Shown: one piece after another, positions 33,464 to 33,711 of the stretch
How positions within the stretch are numbered: position 1 is the stretch's first letter
How the letters are laid out: each line of letters opens with the position of its first letter
Assembly (NCBI RefSeq): GCF_001194135.2
Contig: NC_068999.1
Coordinates: 37,952,728-37,986,438, forward strand
Source: Octopus bimaculoides
Lineage: Eukaryota
Direction: 5' to 3'
DNA length: 33,711 nt
Notes under the pieces: generated by a model
The model's input: the letters and a program-made list of their open reading frames with translations, nothing else
Told to the model about the DNA's origin: nothing
The model's database searches: none
Translations under genes and position numbers: made by a program

Positions 33464-33652
33464 GCTAGCTAGCTATCTAACTACCTGTCTGTCCATCTAT
33501 CTCTCTATTTATCTACCTACCTACCTACCTACCTACCTACCTACCTACCTACCTACCTACCTACCTACCTACCTTCCTACCTACCTACATACCTACTTAC
33601 CTATCTACCTACCTACCTACCTACCTTCCTACCTACCTACCTACCTACCTAC

Positions 33653-33708
<56 letters not shown>
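33392..33708. repeat. Compound (CT)n-(CTAG)-(CCTA)n-(CTAT)n microsatellite
   Basis: Read directly from the sequence. Confidence 0.97.
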
Positions 33709-33711
33709 TTG

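Overview
AT-rich, microsatellite-dense eukaryotic scaffold segment with 11 N-gaps. The repeat content points to an octopus (coleoid cephalopod) genome; this is an inference from remembered SINE sequences, not checked by search. I can support no intact host gene, rRNA, tRNA gene or CRISPR array. Almost all ORFs in the supplied track are microsatellite or N artefacts. The real coding signal comes from transposon relics: a Tc1 transposase 5' half with its left TIR (12572-13102, -), a CR1/L2/Jockey-group LINE C-terminal relic (25355-25585, -), a Dong/R4-clade RT fragment next to an (AAT)n array (30042-30506, -), a Penelope-like RT fragment (31859-32268, +) and a possible Kolobok/Mutator-like relic (26238-26475). 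There is also a 206-bp hAT-type MITE and four SINE families, labelled A-D here. I did not find a convincing novel multi-gene system. The best leads are a three-part co-oriented retroposon chimera at a (TAA)n target, a cluster of inverted SINEs able to form dsRNA, a 333-nt-spaced codon-phase-preserving diverged duplication, a perfect 33-nt palindrome and a few candidate exons.
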